The notes under the pieces were generated by a model. The model did no database searches. It was not told the origin of the DNA and saw only the letters and a list, made by a program, of their open reading frames with translations. Positions 1-12,150 of a DNA stretch of 64,000 bases are shown here, piece by piece. The translations under genes and the position numbers were made by a program. The stretch comes from Callorhinchus milii (lineage: Eukaryota), in contig NW_024704743.1 in the NCBI RefSeq assembly GCF_018977255.1, forward strand, positions 35,466,001 to 35,530,000, written 5' to 3'. How positions within the stretch are numbered: position 1 is the stretch's first letter; the number at the start of each line of letters is the position of its first letter.

Positions 1-29
1 AACATTCGGCTGTTTTACCTACAACATAG

Positions 30-390
30 AAGATTGAAAGGAAACCTAAAAGAGGGTTTTAAAATTATGAAGGTTTTGATAATGTAAATGTAGAAAAATT
101 ATTTTCACCCATCAAGTAAGTCAGTAACTAGAGGATGTAGATTACGGTAGTTAACAAGACAGCAAAAGGAGAGGTTAGGATAATTATTTTGCAGAGAGTT
201 GTTGGGACACGGAATGTCCTACCTGGAGCTATGGTTGAACTAAAATCCATAACAGCTTTTAAGAAAAAATTCAATATATGAAAGAATGTAGGGAAAAGAC
301 GGTAAAATGGAACTAAATAGATAGATCTTCAAAAAGCCAGCACCAGAAGCTGTAGCCGATGGCCTCATGTATACTAAATGTCTGTGGTTC
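30..390 (+). mobile_element. CR1 LINE 3' fragment (decayed)
   Basis: Similar to the CR1 3' ends at 35700-36090 and 54580-54970 (ttttaaaattatga..., cagagagttgttggga...tggaatg). Confidence 0.7.
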
Positions 391-479
391 CTTGGTATTT
401 CTGTGAAGCACTTTGAGACTCTCGAAGACATGATAAGGAGCTATATCAAATGCAAGCATTATTATTATTATTTCATCAT

Positions 480-2357
480 TTCCCAAATGAAGCCCACCAC
501 CTGCTCCCTCTCCTAACCTCCCAACTCCACCTTTTTGCTCCCCAACAAACAGACATTGTTAACCTCTCTCTGTCCTCTGGCACAGTTCCCACCCCTTTAA
601 AAACAGTTGTCATCACTCCCACCCTCAAAAAACCTCCCTTGACCCATCTCAGTTCCCTAACTACCATCCTAACTCCAACTTTCTTTTCCGAGGTCCTGAA
701 ATGAGTTGTTGTTTCCCAGCTTCGCTCTTTCCTCTCCCGGCACGCTCTGTGTGAACCCATCCAATTCGTTTTCTGTGCTGCTCACAATGCAGAGACTGCC
801 CTAATCGAAGTCACAAATAACATTCTCTCCATCTGTGACCAGGGTCTCTGCATCTTCATCCTTCTCGATCTCTCTGCTGCTTTTGACACTGTTGACCACT
901 CTATTTTTCTCAACTACCTCTCCTCTCAGCTCCACCTTCATGGTCCTGTCCTGCCTGGTTTCACTCTTACCTGTCTTTCCCTTTGTCTCCACTTTGTATT
1001 CATTAATGGCTTCTCCTCCAGCCCTCGCATCATCACTTTGGCATTCCTCAGGTCTCTGTCTTTGGTCCTCTCATCTTTAATAATAATAATAATAATAATC
1101 CTTGGATTTGATATAGTGTCTTATCATGTCGTTGAGGCATCTCAAACGCTTCACAAAGTATACTGTAAAGTAGGTTAATTGTGTATTTTGTGGGCGAAAC
1201 GTGGCAGACAATTGCGCACAGAAGTTCCTACAAACAGTTACCCCCGGAAAGCGATTCTCCAATCGACTAACAACTGGGCTCTTACTTACTGCTAGGTAAA
1301 CAGAGACGTGTGCAGTAAGGAAGCTTGCCTATGGTTTCTCCCCACCCAGGGAATCAAACCCAGGTTCTCTCACTTGCAAGGTGAGTGTGCTGACCACTAA
1401 ACTATGGGACTCCACTGCCTAGAGATAGAAAGCATGAGCATAGAAATATCTTCAATACTTACATGCTCATGCTGGATAGTATCATCCGTACGCATGGAAT
1501 TAACTTCCACATGTATCCAGATGACACCCAACTCTATCTCTCTGCCTCCACCCTCGATTCCAAGACCACTGCTGTTCTGACGCTTTGTCTGTCAGACATC
1601 AAGTCCTGGATGAGAGTTAACTTTGTCCTGTTGAATTTTGACCAGACAGAGGCTTTATTGCTTGGCTCCCATCAGTACCTCCACACCTCAGGTACTGCCA
1701 TTATCAATCTAAGAGGATTCACTCTACACTTCACTGAGCCAGTACAGAACCTCAGTATCTTGCTAGACTCTCAACCAACCTTTAAACCCTACATTCATGC
1801 CTTGAGCCGTTTTGCCTTCCTTCTCCTCCGTAAAATTGCTTGCCTCCACTGCTACCCTCAGGCAGCCAAGACCTTCATCCACACTTTCATCATGTCCAGG
1901 CTTTACTACTCCTACTAATAATAATTTTATTATTATTACTATGCTAACTTCCTGCTTGTCGGACTTCCCACCTCTTCCCTCCACAAGTTGTAGATTATTC
2001 AGAACTTTAGCTCCTGTCCTCTCCCGCACCAGGCTCTGTGAACCCATAACCCCCATCCTCGCCTGGTTCCACTAGTTCCCCATTCCCCAGAAGATTGAGT
2101 TTAAGATCCTCATCCTCACTTTTAAAGCCCTTCATGGTCTTGCTCCTCCTTACCTCTGTGATCTGCTAAAACCTTACCAATCTACCTGGCTCCCTCTATA
2201 TGCAAGGCACTGGCCTGCTCCATGTCCCCCAGCCCACTTTTGGCAGTCAGACCTTCAACCTTTCTGCCCCCACGCTCTGAAACTCCATCTCACAGTCCAT
2301 TCACCTCGCCTCTTCCTTGCTTCCTACAAGACCTTTCCTCTTTGACTGTGCATTCCA
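480..2357 (+). mobile_element. L2-clade LINE ORF2 remnant, split by a SINE at 1078-1415
   Basis: ORF fragments IVNLSLSSGTVP..LKT.VITP.LKK and HMYPDDTQLYLS (YADD-like RT motif); frameshifted. Confidence 0.9.
1078..1415 (-). mobile_element. tRNA(Ala)-derived SINE, long form
   Basis: tRNA-like head, central CTCTGTTTACCTAGCAGTAAG block, Deu-like TGTGCGCAATTG, (TTA)n tail. Confidence 0.85.
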
Positions 2358-3679
2358 CCCTATTTACTAAAAATAATACCTGCATGTCTTATTCACTTTT
2401 GTTGTCATTTCAAGTTATATTTGAATTTTCTATGTGATAGAAAAACTTCTCTGCATCTAAATTTTAAACCCTTCATAATTATAAACACTTCAGTCCAAGC
2501 CCCATGTTCTATTCCCCTTCAAGAGAGAAATATTCTAATGCAGCCAATCTTTCCTCATTCTCTGAGGATGCAAGTACCACTAATATCCCTAATTGATGCT
2601 GTGCATGTTATGGGATAAGGTACAGAAAAGCCACAGTCCTGTGAAATGAGTCAGTATTAGTGACCACTTCAGAACAGAAAGATGAGAAAACCATGAAGAA
2701 AACACAAGTTTAAAACACATAACTATATGGAAAATACAACACAGGAGACATAAGTATAACAACAACAACAACAACAAGATTACATTTATGTAGCTGGGGT
2801 CAGGGGGGAGAAGGGAGAGGAGGGGATGGGGTGTAGCCAATGGCATGGTCGAAGATAAAATAATTTAAGAATATAATATAACATAATATAATAGTATAAG
2901 ATTGTGCCTAGGGGGATCTAAAAGAGAAATTAGGAGGAACTACTTCACGCAGAGGGTGGTGAGATTATGGAACTCAAATCAAATGATACAGATACATTCA
3001 AGAGGAAGCTAAACATTCATATGAGGGAGAGGGGAATAAAAATAAAAAACAGAGGAAGGCATGTGAGATTCATATGGAGTATAAACACCAGCATGGACTG
3101 GTTGGGCTGAGTGGTCTGAGTGGTCTGTTTCTGTGTTGTATGATCTTTGTAACCTAATAACGTGCAGAAGTAACTAGTGTCTAATAAAAACAAATAGTAG
3201 CCTTTTTGATTATAAATGCTGGAGCTTTACTTTTATATGTGTGACTTCTACTATTTAATAGTATCTGCAGAACACAGCTCCGGGATTTACGATGCAGTAC
3301 TGTGCTACTTTTACTGCAATTGTCAGGGCAATACATTCATTCTGAAGCAGTCAGTGTTTCTGTGTTTCCAGTGCTTGTATAGCACCATTGAAACTTAAAC
3401 TTCTGGTGTTCATCTATTTGATGTAGTGGTGCTCACTCCAGTCTGCTCATTTACTTCTAATGGATGGTACAAGAGGACTTTAGAGCTTGAGGTGCTTAAT
3501 GGATGGCAGAAATTGATACTGATAGCAAATGGTTCTTACAAATATACTAAATACTTCTTAAAAGTTTCAACGTCATCCTTGACAGCACTTTACTCCCAGG
3601 ACTAGCTTTCATAGTGAATTATAAAATTCAATAACTAAAATCATATCATCAATCAAGACTCCTTCCCCCTTCTACTGGA

Positions 3680-3794
3680 CTGGAAATCTGAAACAAAAAT
3701 AGAAGTCGTTGGGAACACTCAGCAGGTCAGGCAGCATCTATGGAGAAAGGAAAGTGAGTCAACTTTTCCGGTCCAGGACCCTTTATCAGAACTG
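3680..3794 (-). mobile_element. Penelope-like element terminal-repeat remnant with degenerate hammerhead-like core
   Basis: Closely matches 44603-44725 in inverted orientation. Minus strand reads cagtt-CTGATAA-agggtcctggacc-GGAAA-agttgact. Confidence 0.55.
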
Positions 3795-4796
3795 AAAAAA
3801 ACTGAAAAAGATTTGGATCACACCTGGCTAGGAATCAAGCTCTGGCACTATTAAGCGCTCCGAGATGCTTCCCCATGTGAAGGGCGTTATATAAATGTAA
3901 GTTGTTGTTGCTGTTGTTAAGAGCATTATAAATCTAATGCTGTTCTGTGAAATTAAATCTTAAATATTCGACTGTTTAGAGGAAATTTCTGAATATAATT
4001 TCTGAATATGTGTACACACATACATACATATATACATATATATAAGCGCTCCGGGACACTACCCCGCTTGAATGGCACTGTATACATACATGCAAGTTGT
4101 TGTTGGACACATATCTTACGGAAGTGCTCAGGATTTCAAAGTGTTTTTTTTCATTAATCTTTTTTAACTTTGTTAAATAAAAAGTACTCTGGTTACTTCT
4201 CTTGGACTCTCATCAGTTCTATCAAAATTTTCCTGAAGGCTATATATAGTGGACCAAAATATACTGACATAAGCATGTTTCAACAAGGCTCACAAGAATT
4301 AAGCATTGCTTTGCAATGATTTTATATTTGTACCTCTCCATTCTCTCCATATACTGTGTGTGAATGCTTAGATTAAACCATCAATTTCCTGCTCTTTCGA
4401 TCTGAGTACCTCTTCAGTTGATGTACTTAGTGCCTGGGTATAAACTGTCCATTTACCTCTCTGATTCACACTTGGAGGCAGCTACCACTTGGTGTGTGAC
4501 TTGCTACAAGGTACACATATTCTGTAATTGTTCAGCTTGGATCAAAACGCAGTATAGCTGGCTGAAGAGTGCTCTCTCACTGGAAAACAGTTTTCATTAT
4601 CACTTGCTAATTGATGTCAGCAGGTAATAGTCTTCAGTGGGTGAATTAACAACAACTTGCACTGATATGCTGTCGTGCTTTTCACGTAGGATGAATGTCT
4701 TGAAGCATTTCACAATCAAATCTATTGTGCATTATTATTATATTATAAGGCTACAATCTGTACCAAAGGTATGTAACTATCTTCCTTTTAAACATT

Positions 4797-4913
4797 GTGG
4801 AGTCCTGTAGCTCCGTGGTTAGAGCACTCGCTTTGCAAGCGAGAGACCTGAGTTCAATTCCAGGCAGGGCGAAACCTTGGGCAAGTTTCCTTACTCCACA
4901 CACCTAATAATAA
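4797..4913 (+). mobile_element. SINE tRNA-like head only
   Basis: GTGGAGTCCTGTAGCTC..GGTTAGAGCACTCGCTTTGCAAGCGAG, same family as 9276 and 45188. Confidence 0.85.
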
Positions 4914-5059
4914 GTCGGGAGGATGTCCCAAAGCGCTGATATAGTGCAAGAAAATGTCACTGAAAACGTTGCTAAGTCTTGCTGCATTGACATTTGTTGA
5001 AAGAAGTAGAAGAGAGAACGTTCATCATCAACAAGTTCAGCCTCTCAATTCAGGTATAT

Positions 5060-6095
5060 ATTGCGTGAGAGGAGTGGAGGGCAATGAGGGTAGGGGCAAG
5101 AGGGTGGCCGAAGGCGCGTTCGAAGAGAAGAGTCTTGAGACATGCCTTGAAGCAGGCAAGGGAGGAAGCAAGGTGAAGGGACTGTGGGACGGAATTCCAA
5201 AGGATGAGGGTAGAGAGGCTGAAGGCCCAACTGACAATGGTAGGGTGGGCTGGGCAGGGGACGAGGAACAGGCTGCAGCCTGCTGAGCGGAGGGAGTGGA
5301 CAGGTTGATATCGGGTTAACAGGTGACAGAAGTAGGAAGGAGCAACATTGTGGAGGGCTTTGAAAGTGAGAATGAGGATTTTGAACTCTATCCTCTGCAG
5401 GATGGGGAGCCAGTGGAGCCCGGTCATGGTGGGGGTGATGGGGTCACGGAGCCTGGTGCGGGAGAGGACACGAATTGCATGAGCTCTGGATGAGCTGTAG
5501 CTTGTGGAGGGAAGAGTTGGGAAGGCTGACAAGCTAAGGAGTTGGCGTAGTCAAGCCTAGGTCTAATAAATGCGTGGATGAGGGTTTCAAAGGCCTGAGG
5601 GGGTGAGGCAGTGCTGGAGCCGGGCAATGTTGCGGAGGTGTGGGAAGGCAGAGCAGGACAAGGCATGGATGTGAGGTAGAAAAGATAGTTGAGGGTCAAA
5701 CAAGATGCCAAGGTTCTGGACTGGCTTAGTAAAGTAGAATGTGCATTGTTGTATGGTGATGCTGTTAGGGCCTGAGGTGAGAAGGTGCTGACGGGAATCA
5801 ATCAGGAGAGCCTCGGTCTTGTTGATGTTCAACTGGAGAAAGTTAACTTTCATCCAGGACTTGATATCTGACAGACATTCTGTCAGGACAGCAGTGGTCC
5901 TGGAGTCAAGGGTGGAGGCAGAAAGGTAGAGTTGGGTGTCATCCGCATACATGTGTTAGTTGATTAGTTCCATGACCTTGGAATGGAAATGGAGGTTTGA
6001 CATGGGGCAGTAATTGGAGAGCAGGGATGATTCCAGACAATTTTTTTTGAGGATGGGGGTGGTGACGGCTGCTTTTAAGTGGGAGGGTGGGAACA
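5060..6095 (-). mobile_element. L2 LINE ORF2 3' remnant
   Basis: MYADDTQLYLS and LHWLPILQRIEFKILILTFKALH motifs in minus-strand ORFs. Confidence 0.9.
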
Positions 6096-6159
6096 GTGCC
6101 AGTAGATACGGAGACTCAGAAGCAAGAATACTACCAACTGTGCCAGGCGGACACGCATA

Positions 6160-6419
6160 CAGTGGAGTCCGCATTACCAAGACGCTGCTTTACCCCGGAT
6201 GCTGGGTAAATCGAAGAAAAATCCCTTGCCCCAATTCGGTTGTATTCTTACCTGTTTTAAATATGCCGAGTAATTCGGACAAAATGCCATCGCTGAGACT
6301 ACTCACTCTGCATCTTGAGCGGTTCCATTCAACCACGAGTGGCTCCGGAATGAAATGGGAGGAGTCAAATTGCGATTGATTGACAGACCCGATGTGTCCA
6401 GCTTAAGCGACTTCCACTG
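6160..6419. mobile_element. Tc1/mariner (pogo/Tigger-like) MITE
   Basis: TA|CAGTGGAGTCCGCATTA ... TTAAGCGACTTCCACTG|TA: imperfect TIRs with TA target duplication; 260 bp. Confidence 0.65.
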
Positions 6420-6644
6420 TACATATATACAGTAGATGTGTATGCAGAGGTGTGTCTGTGTATCTGTGCATATATGTTCTGTTATGCAGGAGTGTTTATG
6501 TGTGTATGTGACGAGGATATGTTATGTGCAAATGTGTGTGTAATGTAGGTGTGTATGTGGTACAAGTGTGTAGACATATAATTGCTTCCAAAAAGACCAA
6601 AAGGTAAAGAGGCAATCAGAGACATAAGACAAACTGTACAAATG

Positions 6645-8275
6645 TAACAACAAAAACAATTTGCATTTATGTAGTGCCCTCCACACCGGGCAGTGTCTCA
6701 GAATGCTTAACAATGGTGGAGTCCGAGACTGAGTTAGGGGAAGGGGGGAAGGGGAAGGTGACCGTAGGTGTGGTTGAAGAGGTGTGACCTGAAGATGGAG
6801 AAGGAGGGGGCAAGGCAAAGTGGTTGAGGGAGGCAGTTTCAAAGTTTTAGGGCGTAGAGGCTTTCGGCAGCTTTTGGGGTGAGGTATTGTTGGAGACGGG
6901 CAATGTGGCGGAGGTGGAAGAAAGCGGTGCTAGACAGAGACCGAATGTGGGGGAGGAAGGATAACTGGGGATCGAACCTAATGCCTAAGTTGCGCACGGG
7001 TTCGGAGAGTTTTAAGGACAGGTTGGGTCAGCTGAGGAGATCGGAACCGTGGAACCGAAGACGTGGACAGGAGCCAAAGAGTATGGCTTCTGTCTTGTTG
7101 ATATTTAACTACAGGAAATTTGCACTCATCCTGCTGTTGATGTCCGACAGACAAGCTGGCAGAACATCAGGGGACTGGAGGTCGCAGCTGTCGGTGGAAA
7201 GGTAGAGTTGAGTGTCATCCGCGTACATGTGGAAGTTAACCCAGTGTCTGCGGATGACATCACCGAGAGGGAGCATATAGATAGGACGAGAAGGGTGTCA
7301 AGGATGGATCCTTGAGGTACCCTGCAGGTGACCAGGTGGAAGAAAGAAGAAAAGCCATTTGCAGAAATGTAGTGCTGGTGGTTTGTAAGGTAGGACTCGA
7401 ACCAAGTGAGTGTGGTCCCACTGAGGTGGATAATGGAGGAGAGGCAGTGGAGGAGGATGGCGTGATCAAATGTGTTGAACATGGTGGGGAAGTCCAGGCA
7501 GACGAGGAGGCAGAGGGAGCCCTGGTCATAGATAGAGAGGATATCATTTGTGACTTTCACGAGCGCTGTCTCTGTCCTGTGGGCAGGGTGGAAACAGGAT
7601 TGGAGGGGTTCAAGTAGGGTGTGGAGGGAGAGGTGTGCATGAAGTTTGTTGGCAAAACATTGCATTCCAGAGATTTGGCAAGGAAGGGCAGTTTGAGATA
7701 GGGTGGTAGTGACTGAGGTTGGAGGGATCGAGGGTAGTGGGGGTGATGACCACAGTTTTGAGGGGGAGTGGGACTGATCCTGAGGAGAGAGACTGGTTAA
7801 TAGGGTCTGCCAGTAGTGGGCCGTGGAGGGGGAGCTGGGTGATCAGCAGTTGGGTGGGGAGGGGGTCAAGGCAGCAGGTGGTGGGTTTCATTGTGGTAAT
7901 GGTGGATGAGAGGGAGGAAGCAGAAATGGGGGCAAATAAATGTAGGATGAGGGCCATGTTAGGCGCTGAGGGCAGGGTGGGTGAGGGAGATGGAATGGGG
8001 GTGGTGGTAGGTAACACAGGGCAGAGGGATGAAGCTGCCAGGTGGATGTTGTCAATTTTAGAGGTAAGGAAGTCCATGACCCTTGGCGTTAGATGTGATG
8101 ATTGAGTGTGTTTGAAGGGGCGCACGGAGGAGGTTGTGGGCAGTGGAGAATAGGATCTTGGAGTTATTCTTGGCCTCCAGTATAATGTTTGAGCAGTGTT
8201 CAGTTTTTGCTTGCGACAGGGAGCAGCGGTCGGTGTGAAGATGCTCGAGCCACAACTGGTGGTGAACCATGAAAT
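6645..8275 (-). mobile_element. L2 LINE ORF2 remnant with (TTG)n-type 3' tail
   Basis: QSCFHPAHRTETALVKVTND and VPQGSIL RT motifs; tail at 6645-6700. Confidence 0.9.
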
Positions 8276-9275
8276 GTAAGAAACAGGAAATAAAGGGAAA
8301 GTGGTAGGGAGTCCAAACACTGGCTAAACAATGTGAGAGAATAGTTTCCTTCTTGATTAGGGATAGAAAGTGATTCTTCTAGGAATTGAGTCAACCCTCT
8401 GTGGCGGTCTAAGTAGTTCCTTGACGAGGCGGAGCTGCAATACTCCAGGACACTGTTCAAGACAACCCAGACAGCGTGACTCTCCCACTCAGCTTCTGTT
8501 AACCCTGCAAACCAAAGCCCTAATTGGGTAGGGTGGTCCGAGATGAACAAGCCGCGAGAAAGCTTGCCAGATGGTGCTTTCAATGGCAAGCTCTATAGTT
8601 TTAACCGGTTAAACTCCAGGGTCCCCAACCCTCTGCTCTTGCCAACCTGCACCAAATACTTTCCAGAATTAAGTGAGCTTGATGAGTCCCTCTAGGGAGA
8701 GAGGGTGCATTCCATTCCAATACATGAGAATTTCCATGTGGAAGTGGGATGCATGGAATTCTCAGCTTTGTTTGGATATTCTGAAATGTGGTGAAGGGCT
8801 TCTGCATATGTCAGAGACCCAGCTGACAAAAATAAAAATTGCATTGTGTAGTATGGACCAGTGGGGACCAACCACCTTGTGTGCCACAAGGCTGTACCTT
8901 GGTAGTGACCCGCAACACTTTTTAAAAATAACTCCAATAACATTAACAATTACTGGATCCCGCGCTGCAGTGACATCATTGCTGCATCCTCTCACTCAGA
9001 ACACCAACAAGATCAATGCTAGTCTGTGAGCTGCAGTCTTTGAGTCAAGTCTATTGAAGATTAATTGTTCGATCTTAAAAGTGTTTGATTTTTACCCCCA
9101 AACATGTCACTTAGCAACCCCGTACGTCAAAAAGAAAATATGAAGAGGACATATTTCCAAACTCTAAGAGGATTTCGAAAAAAAAGATAAGTCTCTCAGT
9201 AAAACAGCCTTTTTTTATTAAAAAGAAGGAAATGACATCTATGGTCAAGGTATCCTATGAAATATCCCTACTATT

Positions 9276-9572
9276 GTGGAGTCCTGTAGCTCAGTGGTTA
9301 GAGCACTCGCTTTGCAAGCGAGAGACCCAGGTTCGATTCCCGGCAGGGTGAAACCTTGGGCAAGTTTCCTTACTCCATACTAATAATCCCTCNAAAAAAA
9401 AAAAATTGGTCATTTCAACCCACGACTGTTTGTGGGACACTGCTGTGCGCAATTGGCTGCCGCACTTCACCCAGAAATATACAGTCAATTCACTTTATAG
9501 TCTATTCTGTGAAGTGCTTTGAGACGTCTAGAAGACATGAAAAGCGCTATATCAAATGCAAGGATTATTATT
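9276..9572 (+). mobile_element. tRNA(Ala)-derived SINE, short form, inserted in the transposase ORF
   Basis: A/B-box head, Deu-like TGTTTGTGGGACACTGCTGTGCGCAATTGGCTGCCGC, tail TCAAATGCAAGGATTATTATT. An L2 tail follows at 9575-9636. Confidence 0.9.
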
Positions 9573-11129
9573 CCAGTGTCTTGGGATGTCCTTCCGACGT
9601 GAAAGGCGCTATACAAATGTAATCTTGTTGTTGTTGTATTAGCTTGAAAGAAAAAACCTTATTTTGATGGGGAAGTAGTAGTTAAAGAGGATCTGTTGAT
9701 TTTTGCTTCACATACTGGTGATCCAAAAATTAAAACAATGGTAGATGAAATTGCTCTTTCCCAAAACATAGTTATGAGAAGGATTGATGAGATGTCTAGT
9801 GATGTGTCAAAGCAAATTATATTTTCTATCTCCATCAACAAGTACTTTTCATTAGTACTGGATGAAAGTTGTGATTCTATTGACACAGCACAGCTCAGTG
9901 TCATTGTTAGGTGTATCTATGAAAATTTTTATACAATTGAGGAACTTCTTGGTTTACATCAGCTTGTTTCAACCATGGGAATGAATATTTTTGAAGAACT
10001 AAAAAAGAGTATTGAAGACACTAAGCTTAACTGGTCCATATTAGAGAGCATTCGTACAGACCGGGCACCTGCTATGACTGGAAAGAGGAATGGTTGTGTT
10101 GCTTTGTTGGAAAAGTTTTTGGAATGGAAGTTATTCAATGCTATTGTATTATTCACCAAGAGGCTGTTTACGCCAAAGACTTGGCTTCTCTTGTATACTT
10201 GATCCTGTGGTGCGTTGTATAAACATAATTTGTGCACGCGCATTAAACCCACTGTGAATTTCGTAACTTGTTTGATGAAGACACACATGAAGAAGGGGAA
10301 GTTACTCCTTCATTGCAATGTTCGTTGGCTATCAAAGGAGAAGGCTCTTGAAAGATTTTGAATTTTAAAAGAAAAAGTGCTTACATTTTTGGAGAACGGA
10401 GAACTTCTTGAAGATTGCAAGCTCTTCAAGACAAAGATTGCCTCAGTGACCTTGTTTACCTTATGGACATTATTGGTCATCTTAACAACCTCAATGAATG
10501 TTTGCAAGGAAAGAATTGCCTTTTTGCAACCCTGTTTCCGCTTTCAAGGCCAAAATTATTTTTTTTAATGTTTTGGATCAAAAAAAACTGTTAAAAAGTG
10601 ACGGTAACATCATCATCAATTTTTGAAAAATATCAGAACGCGATTTCTTCACTAATTAATTCCTTTGATGCCAGTTTTCAAGATTTTAAAGAAGACAAAA
10701 ACAATAAAGCACTTTTCACCAACCCTTTCTCTCTTTCAGACACCGAGGTTGAACATTATCTACCAGAAATGCAGTTGGAAATTTTGGAACTTAAAAATCA
10801 TTCAGGCCTACATAGCAAATTCAAAGAACTGTGTGCATCTCCAGTAAACTAAGACTTGAAGTCATTTTGGAAATTCCCTAAGAGTGATTTTCCTAAGTTG
10901 CATGACCATGCTCTTTGATATGTGTGCAGATTCGGTTCAACCTACACTTGTGAGCAATCCTTTTCCACCATGAACTTCATAAAAAAAATACCGTTCCAAA
11001 TTAACAGATGATCAGCTTAACAATCTGCTTCTACTGGCATGCTCAAAACTGAATCCAAATATTGAAGATTTCATGAACAAAAAACAAATTCAGAAGTCTC
11101 TTTGATTAAGTAACTTGTTTGATATTTTA

Positions 11130-11680
11130 TAAATAATAAATAATAAATAATAATCCCTTCAATCCCTTCACTCCCTGATATCTCCTTGCCTCTCCGACCT
11201 CTTCACTCCCCAACCCATCATCTCTGCTCAACTGGCACCGGTTTGCTGCTTTGTCCCTCGCGCCCTCTGTTCTACCATTGGAGGTCGCACATTCAGCCAC
11301 TGCGCCCCAAAACTCTGGAACGCTCTCCCTCAGAGCCTTATCCCCTCTCTCCCCTTTTTCAAGTCCCACCTGAAAACCTTCCTTTTCAATTGTGCTTACC
11401 GTCACCTCCCCCCTCCCCCCACCCCACCCTGGCCTGGCTCAGAGTCAGACTCCACCACTGTTAAGTGCCCTGAGACATCCTTGTATTTGATATAACGCCT
11501 TATCACATCTTCAAGACATCTCAAAGCGCATCACAGAATATATTGTAAAGTGAATTGACTGTATATTTTGTGGACAAAACATGGCACCCAATTGTACGCA
11601 TCAGTGTCCCACAAACTGTCGTGGATTGAAGTGACCAAATGCATCTTTCTTTTCCAGCAATATTTTTATTTTATTTTTAA
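11130..11680. mobile_element. Minus-strand SINE 3' half whose tail is interrupted by a plus-strand L2 3' fragment (~11158-11478)
   Basis: The SINE tail (taa)n-tcc...atccttgtatttg is split around an L2 3' end (GGTCGCACATTCAGCCAC..AAACTCTGGAAC). Confidence 0.75.
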
Positions 11681-11989
11681 TTTTATTATGTTTTTTTTAG
11701 TGGCACGCATACATCTTGGGCTCACACCTGAGCAAAAGAGCACACTGATATAGACTGATGGGATAAAGATTACCTCTCTCTCGCTGTTGCCTGTAAGAGT
11801 TTTATGTGGAAGGTTTTGGGGCAGTATCAAGTCAATTCATAATACATATCAGCACCTTATAAAACTGGCATTAATTAACATTAACAACGAATTATATTTG
11901 TACAGAGCCTTTCATTTCGGGAAGACGTCATTAAAATGCTGGAAATTAACACTAAAAATCTCACTCAGACCACTGGAGTGAGAAAAGGG

Positions 11990-12150
11990 GGGAAAGGGTA
12001 GACAGGGAGATCAAACTGGTGTAATTGAGTGCACTCTGGCAATAGAAGAAGCTTTACTCTGCAGCTGACTGCATTGGGAGTTGAGCTGCACTGCCTCAAA
12101 ATTGGTCCATTCCCCAGTCCTGACATTCTCCACCGAGATGACACCAACAG
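11990..12150 (+). mobile_element. LF-SINE-like 3' fragment
   Basis: AGCTTTACTCTGCA and CCATTCCCCAGTCCTGACAT resemble the recalled LF-SINE 3' end. Confidence 0.5.

Larger units (their letters stand above)
8859..11747 (+). mobile_element. Decayed hAT (Charlie/SPIN/GTF2IRD2-like) DNA transposon with nested retroelements
   Basis: Transposase motifs FSLVLDESCD..DTAQLSVIVR, EELLGL, TDRAPAMTG and HCNVRWLSK (frameshifted, ~9140-11105). Left end CAGTGGGGACCAACC, right end ...CACACTG. Candidate 8-bp TSD gtatggac/atatagac. Confidence 0.85.

Noticed and set aside
9279..9350. tRNA-Ala(TGC)-like sequences (also 4800, 45190, 59340, 1345)
   Set aside because: These are SINE heads: the acceptor stem is imperfect and each continues into SINE sequence.
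9696..10852. Domesticated transposase gene (GTF2IRD2/ZBED-like)
   Set aside because: Multiple frameshifts and stops, a SINE inside the ORF, and transposon ends still present.
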